From Paraphysomonas bandaiensis (taxonomy: Eukaryota > Protista > Chrysophyceae): DNA of 64,000 nucleotides. How positions within the stretch are numbered: the stretch's first letter is position 1; every line of letters starts with the position of its first letter. Positions 63,673 to 64,000 of the stretch are shown here, in pieces. The position numbers were made by a program, and so were the translations under genes. The DNA lies in NCBI GenBank assembly GCA_965644295.1, contig CBFFRP010000241.1, positions 124,001 to 188,000 of the forward strand, given 5' to 3'. Below the pieces are notes generated by a model. That model was given only the letters and a program-made list of their open reading frames with translations. It searched no databases and had not been told where the DNA came from.

Positions 63673-64000
63673 ACTTAAGAGGGTTATTTAATGGAGAGAT
63701 ATACGCAGCATAAATACTTTAAACACACTTTAAAATGAACTGAAGCATACGTTAATGGCTGGAGTTTATGTATAGCACTGATGAAGGTCACGATAATGCT
63801 GAGAGTGCGTGCAGGTGTAACACACACAGTCGTGATCACCAATGAGCACACATGCGCTCCAGCCCATAGCATAGAGATACCATACGCACGTACATATACA
63901 CACACTCTGCCGTATACTACGACTACACGACAGTATACAGTACACTGCTTTGCTCTCATAACACGTTCATCAGTTATACGCTGCTGTAGTCCAGGACAAG

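Overview
Eukaryotic nuclear DNA with short (~45-150 nt) GT-AG introns; gene style suggests a stramenopile, possibly a chrysophyte (inference). Host genes, in order: ethanolamine-phosphate cytidylyltransferase, a 7TM GPCR-like protein, an FN3/WW/EF-hand protein, a PhyH-type dioxygenase, a SnoaL-like protein, a HET/TIR-like + MORN-repeat protein, a 5713-aa single-ORF PTGQ-mucin/REJ polycystin-1-like membrane protein, a hypothetical protein, RICTOR, a GT34-like glycosyltransferase and an ODF3/STPGR-like protein. Mobile DNA: two young Ty1/copia LTR retrotransposons with TSDs (one nested in an old hAT element, one with non-canonical TG...TA LTRs), two hAT MITEs with 8-bp TSDs, three fossil hAT-like transposase fragments, an unclassified structured dispersed repeat and a ~585-bp (GTAT)n microsatellite. 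The most interesting leads are the acylated TIR/HET-MORN protein, the polycystin-like giant whose GPS motif appears replaced by a polybasic site, shared cis-structures of the two copia elements, and the structured repeat family. All calls were made by eye; no searches were run.
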